A DNA stretch of 64,000 bases from an uncultured Cytophagia bacterium (GTDB taxonomy: Bacteria > Zhuqueibacterota > Zhuqueibacteria > Thermofontimicrobiales > Thermofontimicrobiaceae), in assembly GCA_964647995.1 (NCBI GenBank), contig CAZYNP010000015.1, positions 6,108 to 70,107 on the forward strand, written 5' to 3'. Positions within the stretch are counted from its first letter, which is position 1. Each line of letters opens with the position of its first letter. The position numbers were made by a program, and so were the translations under genes. Of this stretch, positions 41,793 through 51,550 are shown piece after piece. The notes under the pieces are model-generated. The model was not told the origin of the DNA and made no database searches. It saw nothing but the letters and a program-made list of their open reading frames with translations.

Positions 41793-42198
41793 TTCCCGGT
41801 CACAAAAGAGGCTGAAAGAAAGTATTTCCCTGCTGTTGATTCTTCGATAAGCAACCTCCTTAACCGCGAACACCATGCGCATTGGTCAGGGGATTCACAT
41901 GGTGTTCGCTTGACAAATATTTGCTCAAATCGTTTTGAACTTCAAGCAGCAGCCAGTTGAATTTTGATGTAGAAATCGGGATTCGCATGATTTATCAGCC
42001 AAGAAGCCACCAAAACACCAAGCCCATCTGGAAACGAGGCTAATTGATTGCCTCGAATGAATTCAACAGGACCAATTAGTCCTACTTATTGCCATGGCTT
42101 TGGTATCTCGGTGGCTTCGTGCTTTGTGGCTAATGGCAACGCATGATCCGGAATAGCCACCCTCCCAGGTCAAATTAAGATGAAAAATGGGTTAGGTG

Positions 42199-44001
42199 CT
42201 ATTTCAGCATGGCCATTTTCTTGGAAACCGCATAGCCTGACGCTTCCAGCCGATATACATAGATCCCCGATGCCACTTTCTGGCCGGCATTGTCGAGCCC
42301 GTTCCAGGAAACCGTATACGCACCGGCTGTCTTGTTTTCTGAAACCAGTGTTCTAATTAGCTCTCCGGTCATGTTATAGATGGCCAACGAAACATGGGTT
42401 TCGCCGGGAATCTGATAGCTAATACTGGTTTCAGGATTGAAAGGATTGGGGTAGTTCTGGGACAAAACGAAATTAGCCGGTGGCTGGGCTGCCACTTGCA
42501 GCTCGGGTTTCGGTTCAAACTGCTTTGGCAGCGGCGGAGTCGCCGTGGGCGCTTTGCCTGCTTCCCACACTTCCAGTTCGCCAATTTGAATCCATTCAGC
42601 ATCCATTGGCGATAGCAACGTCAGCTTAACAAACATGGCGCTGTCGGCTTCAAAGGCAAACACTTCCCAGCCGCCTCCGGTTTTGCAGGTGTCAAGGACA
42701 GTGCGATAGCTCTGGTTATCTTTAGAAATTGCGACCTGAAAATCCTGCAACCAGCGTCGGACGGGAATGGTCCCGGTGTCGGTGATCAGGCGGATTTTGT
42801 CGACTAAGTGATTGGCATTATCGGCGAATTTAAAAATGGCGAATGCCGGTGACACCGCAGCGATGGTGGCCGTACCATCCCACCACCAGAAATCCTTATC
42901 GATCACGTTGGCCCAGGGTTCAGCGTAGTACGAGGGGCTGCATTCGACCATTTCCATTTCCACCGGCGCCGAAGCGGGATCATAGACGATGACGAAGTCT
43001 TCGCGGGTAAGCTGATGTTTGCCAACCAGCGGCGGTCCCCAGGCGGTGAGGCTGATATTAAAATTGCCGATACCGAACTTATGAAATGTATCTTTTTCGA
43101 TGGAGAAAATGCTGTCATTGACTTCCCAGAAGAAATCGGTGATGGTTCCGGTGGCTAAGTTTTCAAAATTCACGAACAGTTCGCCCACACCGATGTTCAC
43201 TGGCGTGTTGAAATCCAGCACGATTGGTAGATAGCAGGTGATATAGTCTGTTTTTACCATCGTGTCCTCGACGCCATCCGGGTTATAGGCGGTCAATTTG
43301 ACCGTAAACATGGGATCGGTCGGAGGCAGGTAGGTGTGGATGGGATCTCTCTCAGTGGAGATTTCGCTGCCATCGCCGAAATCCCATTTCCAGGCCACGG
43401 CGCACTTGGAGAGGTTGGTGAATTTCACCGTCATCGGCGCCACCCCAATTAATGGCTCGGCCGTAAAATCGGCCACGGGCGGATTCCAGTCCCAATAGAC
43501 CACCAATCTTGACCAATCGATGGTCACGGCCCACCAGCGTTGTTCGTGCGTGGCGTCGATGTCAATCCAGACCTCCAAAGCACCATCTTCCAGGAGTGCT
43601 GGATCGATGTCAAAAGTCGTCGTGCTCCAGGTATCGTCCTCGCCTTCGAGGTCGCCCAGGTAGACGTCATCGGCATAGACTTTGTCCACCTCACCGGAAC
43701 ACATGTCAACATCCCAGGCCCGGATTCGTAACGAAGCCCGCTTGATGATTTTGCAGCCAGCATCAAACGTATGCGTCCAGCCGAAATCCTGGTCATACCA
43801 GCGATATTCGTCCATGCCGGGGGCGTTGCCGATGGTTTGGGTGGTGCGGTAGGAGTTGGCGGGTTCAGTTTCCGAGTAACTATCATCATCTTCGCCAGCC
43901 GGGGGAGCGATGTTAACATCATCCTGGGCTAAGATGAAAGGTGAAAACGCCAGCAGAAAAATCAAGCTTATGATAGCGAATAAGATCGATTTTGAACTCA
44001 T
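42199..44001 (-). CDS. Secreted PKD-domain protein with a type IX secretion system (T9SS) C-terminal sorting domain
   Basis: Signal peptide, PKD motif (WKWDFGDGS), and a C-terminal ~80 aa NYPNPFNPETSISYQIP...IYNMTGELIRTL...GIYVYRL characteristic of the T9SS type-A CTD. Confidence 0.75.
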   Translation of the reverse strand: MSSKSILFAIISLIFLLAFSPFILAQDDVNIAPPAGEDDDSYSETEPANSYRTTQTIGNAPGMDEYRWYDQDFGWTHTFDAGCKIIKRASLRIRAWDVDMCSGEVDKVYADDVYLGDLEGEDDTWSTTTFDIDPALLEDGALEVWIDIDATHEQRWWAVTIDWSRLVVYWDWNPPVADFTAEPLIGVAPMTVKFTNLSKCAVAWKWDFGDGSEISTERDPIHTYLPPTDPMFTVKLTAYNPDGVEDTMVKTDYITCYLPIVLDFNTPVNIGVGELFVNFENLATGTITDFFWEVNDSIFSIEKDTFHKFGIGNFNISLTAWGPPLVGKHQLTREDFVIVYDPASAPVEMEMVECSPSYYAEPWANVIDKDFWWWDGTATIAAVSPAFAIFKFADNANHLVDKIRLITDTGTIPVRRWLQDFQVAISKDNQSYRTVLDTCKTGGGWEVFAFEADSAMFVKLTLLSPMDAEWIQIGELEVWEAGKAPTATPPLPKQFEPKPELQVAAQPPANFVLSQNYPNPFNPETSISYQIPGETHVSLAIYNMTGELIRTLVSENKTAGAYTVSWNGLDNAGQKVASGIYVYRLEASGYAVSKKMAMLK

Positions 44002-44811
44002 GTTACACCTCCATTTAGAAATGAACAGCGGTTGAGTAAATTAAAAAGTGACGATTAGGTTTTGTTGAATGATGTGGATTTAATCATACCTACCTCCTAT
44101 TTTTGGTGAATGGATCATGGTGGATTATTGAAAAAATGGTATTGTGCAGGGCACCAGCAAAGGATACTCGGCCATTCAGAAAATTCGCTAATTGTCCTGC
44201 AAAACGACATGATAGTGTCTTGCAGCAAAATGGTATCATTATAGGCATCAGCAGAGGTAGCGGCTCAATAAACCGAAGTCGATTCAGGAGCAGTATTCGA
44301 TGTCAGAACAAGTGGATATCGTAGTTATCAATTCCAGATGAATGGGGAATGAAATAAACACGCATTGAACTATTTTGCGTGGAAATCAAAAAGAACAGGT
44401 TGCCGCATTCTTAATATAAAAATCATTTCAATAACTAACTGCTAATATAATAAAAAAATATTAAATGTCAAGTAAAAAAATTAAAATTTTAAAAATTTTT
44501 TGGCTGAATGTAAAAGGGAAATTTATTTGAATATATTTTGCTGGTCGCAGATTCAACAATGATCGAGCACAGCTAACACCGAGCTGGAAATAAACAATTT
44601 CCTTGACTGAGAGCAGAAATTTGTTAAATTATTCTCTCGGCCGATAATGATCTATTGTCGGAAAGGGCCAGGTCAATTTAAAAAATATAATCCGGTGGCA
44701 TTGAGGTCGGCCGCAGGATGTGGCGCTGCGAGTCACTGCCAATTCGGGCAGCCGCATTCGGTGACTTCCGGATTGTGCTGAATACGTTTAGTTTAATGCG
44801 AGGTGCTTGCA

Positions 44812-46467
44812 ATGAAACAAATTCGTTTTAATTTCTTTGCAGTTATCATATTCTTATTGGTTCTCAAACTGACAGGCGAGGCGCAGCCATTGCTCACTCG
44901 CGCAGAAGCGAGCAACTATACCGAAACCTCCCGCTCCAGCGAGGTGATCGAGTTTTTAAACTCGTTGCAAACCTTGAGTCATAAACTAAAGTTAACAACC
45001 ATAGGTCGTTCCGCCGAGGGCAGAGACATCTGGCTGGCCATTGTAGGAGATCCGGTACCAGCGACGGCAACTCAATTGATGCATAGCAAAAAAGCCGCAG
45101 TTTATATCCAGGCCAATATCCACGCCGGCGAAGTGGAAGGCAAGGAGGCCATGCTGATGCTGATGCGCGATATTCTCCGGGGCGAACTCCCGAGGCTGCT
45201 CGATCATCTGGTACTGTTGATCGTGCCTAATTTTAATCCCGATGGCAATGATCGCATCAGTCCCCAAAATCGGCGCAACCAATTGGGTCCTGCCGGGGGC
45301 GTGGGTGTGCGTCATAATGGGCAATTTCTGGATTTGAATCGCGACTATATGAAGTTGGAAAGCCCGGAGAATCTTGCAGCCGTTCAGCAGATCCTGAATC
45401 GCTGGGATCCCTTACTGTTGCTCGATTTGCACACGACCAATGGCTCTTACCACCAGGAACCCTTGACCTACGACACCGCGCACAATCCAAATGGGAACAC
45501 CATGCCCGTCAATTATTTGCGCCAGAAGCTATTTCCCTGGGTGGCACGTCAATTGAAGTCCCGTTACAATATCATGAGTGTGCCCTATGGCGATTTTGTT
45601 GATAATGCCGATCCGAATAAAGGGTGGGAAACGTTCGATCATTTGCCCTACTATAGCACCAATTATTGGGGTTTGCGTCATCGCTTTGCCATTTTGAATG
45701 AAAACTATGCCTACGCCGATTATCGGACAAGAATTCAGGCCTGCTATCATTTTGTCGAATTGGTACTGGAATATGCCAACGACCATCTGGCTGAGATGCA
45801 AGATCTTATCCACCAGGTGGATGCCAGCACGGTAGCCTATGGGACCGCGTCCAATACCAGCCAGGTTTTCGGGACCCGCTTTCAGCCGTATGCGATGCCA
45901 CAATTGCTTTTGGTTCATAGCTATGAATTTGAGAACTATCGCGATGAGCGGGGCCGGCTGCGCGTTCGCAAGACCGATCGACTGAAAGATTATGAGGTAC
46001 CGTACCTGGCGGATTTTCGAATTGTGGAACAGGTTCGGTTTCCCAAAGCCTATATCTTTCCTGCCAGCTTGAACGAAATAGCCGCCAAATTGCAGCAGCA
46101 TGGCATTGTGGTCGAACAACTTACTGCTCCAGAGACACTGTCGGTCCAGGCGTTCAAGGTTGAAGATATTGGTGTTGATGAACGAATTTTTCAGGGACAT
46201 CGGCTGACGCGTGCCAAAGGCCATTATGAGATGATTCAAAAAGAATTTCCAGCCGGAAGCTATTTCGTGGGGCTGGATCAACCTCTGGCCAACCTGGCGG
46301 CGTATTTATTGGAGCCGGCCAGTGATTGTGGCCTGGTGGTGTGGAATTTTTTGGATCGCTATTTTTATAGCAGCCAATGGAGTCGCGAATTCAATCAGGT
46401 TCCGATTTTTAAATTGTTACAGCCCGCTCTGTTTGCGCGCACTATCGTGAATCCTGCCCTTAATTGA
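44812..46467 (+). CDS. Secreted M14-family zinc carboxypeptidase
   Basis: Start at MKQIRFNFFAVIIFLLV (signal peptide). The zinc-binding HxxE is in QANIHAGEVEG. Confidence 0.75.
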   Translation: MKQIRFNFFAVIIFLLVLKLTGEAQPLLTRAEASNYTETSRSSEVIEFLNSLQTLSHKLKLTTIGRSAEGRDIWLAIVGDPVPATATQLMHSKKAAVYIQANIHAGEVEGKEAMLMLMRDILRGELPRLLDHLVLLIVPNFNPDGNDRISPQNRRNQLGPAGGVGVRHNGQFLDLNRDYMKLESPENLAAVQQILNRWDPLLLLDLHTTNGSYHQEPLTYDTAHNPNGNTMPVNYLRQKLFPWVARQLKSRYNIMSVPYGDFVDNADPNKGWETFDHLPYYSTNYWGLRHRFAILNENYAYADYRTRIQACYHFVELVLEYANDHLAEMQDLIHQVDASTVAYGTASNTSQVFGTRFQPYAMPQLLLVHSYEFENYRDERGRLRVRKTDRLKDYEVPYLADFRIVEQVRFPKAYIFPASLNEIAAKLQQHGIVVEQLTAPETLSVQAFKVEDIGVDERIFQGHRLTRAKGHYEMIQKEFPAGSYFVGLDQPLANLAAYLLEPASDCGLVVWNFLDRYFYSSQWSREFNQVPIFKLLQPALFARTIVNPALN

Positions 46468-46791
46468 CGTGGCAGTGGTTGTGTCTATCGGTTCTGCATG
46501 GTGGTCGGTAGGCGATCTCTCCACCGAAAAGAAATGCCGGGGAAAGGCGATCGCCTCCTGACCGGAGGTTACGAGCTTACTTCACTATCAGCCTGAAGGT
46601 TATAAGTTCGGCGGCTATTCGGGCCGCCGCATGGTTTGGGTGGTGCGATTCGGCGCTCCCAACTGGGCGAATGGTTAGGTTGGGCCGTATAATGCCGCAA
46701 AAAATTCATAATCTTTTCTTGACTAACTGGGAATAATTTCATATATTCAAGATTCAAGAAAAAATTGTGGCCGTAACATCAGAAGTGATCG

Positions 46792-47712
46792 GTGATGAAG
46801 ACGAACATTTTCATTGGTCCGGCGGGCTGGATTTACAAAGATTGGGAGGGCCGCGTTTATCCCGCGCCCCAGGAAAAAGGATTCGATCCGCTGGTTTATA
46901 TTGCCCACTATTTTAATGTAGTGGAAATTAACAGTTCTTTCTATCGCCCGCCGACGGCGAATTCGGCCAGAAAATGGGTGGATAAGGTCAGCGATCGTCC
47001 CGATTTTCTGTTCACCTATAAATTGTGGCAGGGCTATACGCACAATCGGGACAATTTTCCCGATAGTCAGGCCGAAAAAGTGGTCAAAGCGAGCCTGGAT
47101 GTTTTGCAGCAACAGGGGCGCCTGGGCGCATTATTGATTCAATTCCCGTGGTCGTTTAAAAATTCGGCAGAAAATCTCCACTGGCTCGAACGGGTGATTG
47201 CAACGTTCAGAGATTACCAGCCCGTGGTGGAGGTGCGACATGGTTCCTGGAATACGGCGGCTTTTTTTGAATTTTTAGCTTCCGCGGGCGCGACATTTGC
47301 CAATATCGATCAACCGGTCATCGGTCAATCGATTGGATTGACGGCCATCGCGTCGCGTCAGATGAGCTATTTGCGCTTACATGGCCGCAACAGGAAAAAT
47401 TGGTTTGCTCCCAATCGCTACGACTACTATTATCCGGCTGAGGAGCTGGCCAGCATCCGAGCCGCGGTTGAAAAGATGATCAGCGAAAGTCCCCGCTCAT
47501 TCATTATTTTCAACAACCATTTTCGGGGGCAGGGGATTGCCAACGCGCTGCAAATGATGTACTTGTTGAGTGATAGCAAGGTGAAGGTTCCGGCGCCCCT
47601 GCTGGAGGTTTTTCCACAATTGCGAGCCATTGCCCAGGATGAGGCGGCGCCGATTGAGGGCCAGGCGGAACTTTTTTATGAAAGAGGCGAGGGACTGTCG
47701 CCGGAAAAATGA
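46792..47712 (+). CDS. DUF72 (YecE-like) family protein
   Basis: The N-terminus IFIGPAGWIYKDWEGRVYP matches the DUF72 signature (GTSGWSY..W.G.FYP). Confidence 0.7.
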   Translation: MMKTNIFIGPAGWIYKDWEGRVYPAPQEKGFDPLVYIAHYFNVVEINSSFYRPPTANSARKWVDKVSDRPDFLFTYKLWQGYTHNRDNFPDSQAEKVVKASLDVLQQQGRLGALLIQFPWSFKNSAENLHWLERVIATFRDYQPVVEVRHGSWNTAAFFEFLASAGATFANIDQPVIGQSIGLTAIASRQMSYLRLHGRNRKNWFAPNRYDYYYPAEELASIRAAVEKMISESPRSFIIFNNHFRGQGIANALQMMYLLSDSKVKVPAPLLEVFPQLRAIAQDEAAPIEGQAELFYERGEGLSPEK

Positions 47713-47963
47713 GTTAATTTTGGTGCCAGCGGGCCTCGAGCATTAACAAGCTGAGAGTTATTCGCCGATAGATTGGTGTTCCGCCCACCGGCTATCAGCC
47801 TGATTGCTGCTCATCCCGCCAGCCATTGCTATGGAGCAACTTCGCCAACGAATGGCCTGGCGCAATAGGTAGAATTGGCGTCATTACCGGTCACGCCTTA
47901 ATTCCAGGCTGACCCGAATAGAATGGTAACGCTTTTTATCGTGATGGAGGAGAAAAAGACACA

Positions 47964-48320
47964 ATGACAATGCTGGGATATTTTTTGGTGGGAACGGTGG
48001 CCGGCATTTTAGGAGGAGCATTTGGTATTGGTGGCGGGATTGTCATGGTGCCGGCGTTTATGTTGCTCTATAAGCAGCCCATTCATACTGCGATTGGGAC
48101 GTCGATGCTGGTGATTGTACCGATTGCCATAGCCGGTGCCTGGCGGCATTGGACGCTGGATAATGTTCTGGTTCAAATCGCGTGGATCGCTGGTCTGGGA
48201 GGCATTGTCGGCGCTATTATTGGGGCATCGGTGGTCGAACATATCCCGGCGCTGTATGTGAAACGGATTTTTGCTCTGTTTCTGGTTTATTCGGCTGTAC
48301 GATTGTGGCTCTCTAAATAG
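47964..48320 (+). CDS. TauE/SafE (DUF81)-like half-size membrane protein
   Basis: 118 aa with 4 TM segments. The G-rich first helix (GILGGAFGIGGGIVMVP) is typical of sulfite-exporter TauE repeats. Confidence 0.5.
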   Translation: MTMLGYFLVGTVAGILGGAFGIGGGIVMVPAFMLLYKQPIHTAIGTSMLVIVPIAIAGAWRHWTLDNVLVQIAWIAGLGGIVGAIIGASVVEHIPALYVKRIFALFLVYSAVRLWLSK

Positions 48321-48481
48321 TCTGTCCGAAAAAAAGTACTGACTGGTCGTTCATTGATTTAGTATTGAGCAAATTTCAATGACTTATTGATCTCTCCGAA
48401 GCAAACAATCGGGGCATCATTTGATTTTTCAGACAGACTCTAATATAGTATGGCTAAATTTGAGATTCAAACTGGTTAATT

Positions 48482-51400
48482 ATGAACAAGCTTCCTGCAT
48501 TTGTAACAAAACTTTTGCCTGGCGAGTTTTTGGCCGCTGGTTGGAAATTTATTCAAGGTAAGCAATTTGCCAATCCGGATTTTATCCGAAATAGTTATAC
48601 AGCTCAATTCAAAGACCGACGGGGATCATATTGGCCGATAGTCAAAAAGAAGTCTGAGAAATTGGGATTTCAATTTTCCTGCAACTGCCCCACCTTCATC
48701 CGCCAGATGAGCTGTCCGCATGTGGTAGCGCTTTTTTTCCTCATCTATTCTCATGATCAGGAGGCCGCGGATGTGGACGCAACGTTGTCGAAATATTACG
48801 AACAAACCATCTGGAACCATCTGGCGCGGCTGGGCTTCGAATATTGGGGGAGCGATAAGCTGACCATAAAGGCCGAACTCGAACAGCGCGGGGGCATTAC
48901 CAATATCTGGTTGCGAGGTCTGGATAGCGATCAGTCAGAAATATTTCGCTTTCTATTGCCAGGATTAGTTGCTCATCGGTTGATTCAAAAATATCGCTGG
49001 CAATTTTTCAATGAGCTGGATGAGAAAGCGCTTCTGGAATTCGTTACTGAATTGCCTCTGGAACAATTGCCGGCGGAAAGCTCTGAACTGGAAATTCGGA
49101 TGAACATCGCTGGTTATCAATCCTGGCAACAGAAATTTGAACAAAGCTTTTGGTTCGATTTTGGCAAGGCCTGGTTCTGGGGATTTGATGATCTCGGTTA
49201 TTCGGTCAGCTATTCGGAGCAAAGTCAAAGCCTCAAAATTTATGTGGATAAAGGTCAATTTGGTTTCACCTTGCCCCGGCCGCAAATTGCGACCATCATC
49301 GCGAAATTAGCCCAAAACGAAGCGATCCGCGATACGTTGAATATTGCAACCCAGACTGCCATCCTGAACTATTCGCTGGAAGTGACCGACACGCACGACC
49401 TGAAGATTACGCCAGTGTTGCAGTTGCCAGATGCCAAGCAGCCGCTTTTTCTGACCGAAGATGTCAAGCCAGCAGCGATTATCTTTGGTCGATACATCTA
49501 TGTTCCTCACAAAGGCTTCTATCCCTTTGAGCGTAAAATTAAATATTACGACAGTCGATTGTTTGGCCTGGAGCCAGTCACCGTTCCCAATGAGGATATT
49601 CCTCTCATCATTCGCGAATACCGCCGGTTTATCGATACCGGCGATTTTTATGCTGCCAGCCCGTCGCTGCGCAGCCGGGATTTTGTGAAAAAAGCGAAGG
49701 TGGTGGAGTTGTTTGTCGAGCAGATCGAGGATGACTGGTTATACTTATCGGTGAAATATACCATAGGCAACGATGTCATCTCCCTGTATGACATCTATCA
49801 CGCGCTCCGGACTGGCAAGCGTTTCTTGATCGGCAAGAATTACTGGATCGATTTATGCAGCACTGACTTCGCCTGGTTGCAAACATTGATGGAACAGCAG
49901 GCGGTTTCCTTCAGTCAATTGAGTGATCGTAGCCTGCGGCTGAAGATCGATAAAATGAATTTTATCAAAATTCATGCGCACCTGCCGCGAAAAAGCCAGC
50001 TTTCGGCTCGACCGGAGTTCAGCGGGGCGCTGGAGCGGCTCAGAACCCTTCAGCCCAGCACCGAGGCACCACCCCTGAACGGCCGTAACTATGAGTTACG
50101 ACCCTACCAGAAGACGGGTTATGAATGGCTCTGGTTTCTCTATGAAAATCATCTTTCCGGTCTGCTATGTGATGACATGGGGTTGGGAAAAACCTACCAG
50201 TCTTTGGCCTTGCTGGATGCGATCATGATGGTGCAGCAGCGGCCATTGAATTTTTTGGTCGTTTGTCCCACATCGGTGCTGCCACATTGGCATGAGAAAT
50301 TGACTCAGTTGAAAAAGAAGGTGCATCTTCATCTTTATTATGGCAGTGAACGCCATATCAAGAATATATCCCGGCAGAAGTATGCAGTGGTGCTCACGTC
50401 CTATGGCATTTTGCGGAATGATCTGGATAAGTTAGCAGAAATTCCGTTCGAAGTGGCCATATTTGATGAGATTCAAACCGCGAAAAATAAGGCCAGTTTG
50501 ACCAATGCCGCGGTAAATCAACTTAAGAGCACCATGCGCATCGGCCTGACCGGAACTCCAATCGAGAATAATTTAAATGAGCTGAAAGCGCTGTTCGACA
50601 TTATTTTGCCCTCGTATCTGGGTAGCGATGCGCAATTCAAAAAGCGCTATTTTACCCCCATCGAGCGGCGAAGCAATGAAAGCCGGCTGTCCGAATTGCA
50701 GCAAATCATTCGGCCTTTTATCCTCCGCCGCACCAAAAACCAAGTGCTCCAGGAATTGCCTCCCAAAATCGAAGAGATTCGGCGCTGCGAATTGAGCACG
50801 GATCAGGTGCGATTGTATCAAGAAGTGTTGAATACGCGCGCCAGCGCCTTGTTGTCCCAGCTCTATCGCCAGTCCGAAAATGTGCCCTACATCCACATTT
50901 TTGCTGTGTTGAATTACCTGAAACAGATTTGCAACCATCCCGCGCAGCTCGAAGACGGCTGCCGGGATTACAACAAATATCAGTCCGGCAAATGGGATCT
51001 GTTCTGTGAACTGATGGAGGAAAGCCTGAATAGCGGCTTCAAGGTGATTGTCTTTAGCCAATATCTGAACATGCTCGCGTTGATCGAGGCCTATCTCGAA
51101 GACAACCACATCGAGTATGCGACCATCAAGGGCGCGACCCGAGATCGGAAGGCGATGATCGATCGGTTTAATAATGATCCGCGCTGTCTGGTATTTACAG
51201 GTAGCCTGCGGGCTTCGAGTTTCGGCATTAATCTCACTGGTGGCTCGGTGGTCATTCACTACGATCGGTGGTGGAATTCGGCAGTGGAGAATCAGGCGAC
51301 TGACCGTGCGCACCGAATTGGTCAGACGCGGGGCGTGCAGGTGTTCAAACTCGTTACCGAGGGCACCCTGGAGGAAAAAATTGATCGATTGATTCAAAAG

Positions 51401-51499
51401 AAGCAGCAATTAATCGATGATCTGGTGAAGGAGGACGATGCCAATATCGTTAAAAGGTTTACCCGAGATGAATTGATCGATCTATTGACATATCAGTAA
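48482..51499 (+). CDS. SNF2-family DEAD/H helicase with an N-terminal SWIM zinc finger
   Basis: SWIM CxCx9CxH (FSCNCPTFIRQMSCPHVVALF). SNF2_N motifs are DDMGLGKT and the DEAH-like FDEIQTAKN. The helicase C-domain has YATIKGATRDRKAMIDRFN and QATDRAHRIGQ. Confidence 0.9.
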   Translation: MNKLPAFVTKLLPGEFLAAGWKFIQGKQFANPDFIRNSYTAQFKDRRGSYWPIVKKKSEKLGFQFSCNCPTFIRQMSCPHVVALFFLIYSHDQEAADVDATLSKYYEQTIWNHLARLGFEYWGSDKLTIKAELEQRGGITNIWLRGLDSDQSEIFRFLLPGLVAHRLIQKYRWQFFNELDEKALLEFVTELPLEQLPAESSELEIRMNIAGYQSWQQKFEQSFWFDFGKAWFWGFDDLGYSVSYSEQSQSLKIYVDKGQFGFTLPRPQIATIIAKLAQNEAIRDTLNIATQTAILNYSLEVTDTHDLKITPVLQLPDAKQPLFLTEDVKPAAIIFGRYIYVPHKGFYPFERKIKYYDSRLFGLEPVTVPNEDIPLIIREYRRFIDTGDFYAASPSLRSRDFVKKAKVVELFVEQIEDDWLYLSVKYTIGNDVISLYDIYHALRTGKRFLIGKNYWIDLCSTDFAWLQTLMEQQAVSFSQLSDRSLRLKIDKMNFIKIHAHLPRKSQLSARPEFSGALERLRTLQPSTEAPPLNGRNYELRPYQKTGYEWLWFLYENHLSGLLCDDMGLGKTYQSLALLDAIMMVQQRPLNFLVVCPTSVLPHWHEKLTQLKKKVHLHLYYGSERHIKNISRQKYAVVLTSYGILRNDLDKLAEIPFEVAIFDEIQTAKNKASLTNAAVNQLKSTMRIGLTGTPIENNLNELKALFDIILPSYLGSDAQFKKRYFTPIERRSNESRLSELQQIIRPFILRRTKNQVLQELPPKIEEIRRCELSTDQVRLYQEVLNTRASALLSQLYRQSENVPYIHIFAVLNYLKQICNHPAQLEDGCRDYNKYQSGKWDLFCELMEESLNSGFKVIVFSQYLNMLALIEAYLEDNHIEYATIKGATRDRKAMIDRFNNDPRCLVFTGSLRASSFGINLTGGSVVIHYDRWWNSAVENQATDRAHRIGQTRGVQVFKLVTEGTLEEKIDRLIQKKQQLIDDLVKEDDANIVKRFTRDELIDLLTYQ

Positions 51500-51550
51500 T
51501 AATGAATTCAGCATTAACGACAACCCTGTACAGCTTTAGAAGGAGCAACT

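Noticed and set aside
45529-46281. 250-aa minus-strand ORF inside the M14 carboxypeptidase gene
   Set aside because: It is a shadow ORF opposite a gene with clear catalytic motifs and a signal peptide.
46500-46530. GGCGATCGCC palindrome (contains the cyanobacterial HIP1 motif GCGATCGC)
   Set aside because: It is a single occurrence, with no enrichment across the window, so it is not evidence of a HIP1-type genome signature.
50573-51409. 278-aa ORF antisense within the SNF2 helicase gene
   Set aside because: It is antisense to conserved helicase motifs and is a shadow ORF typical of mid-to-high GC genes.
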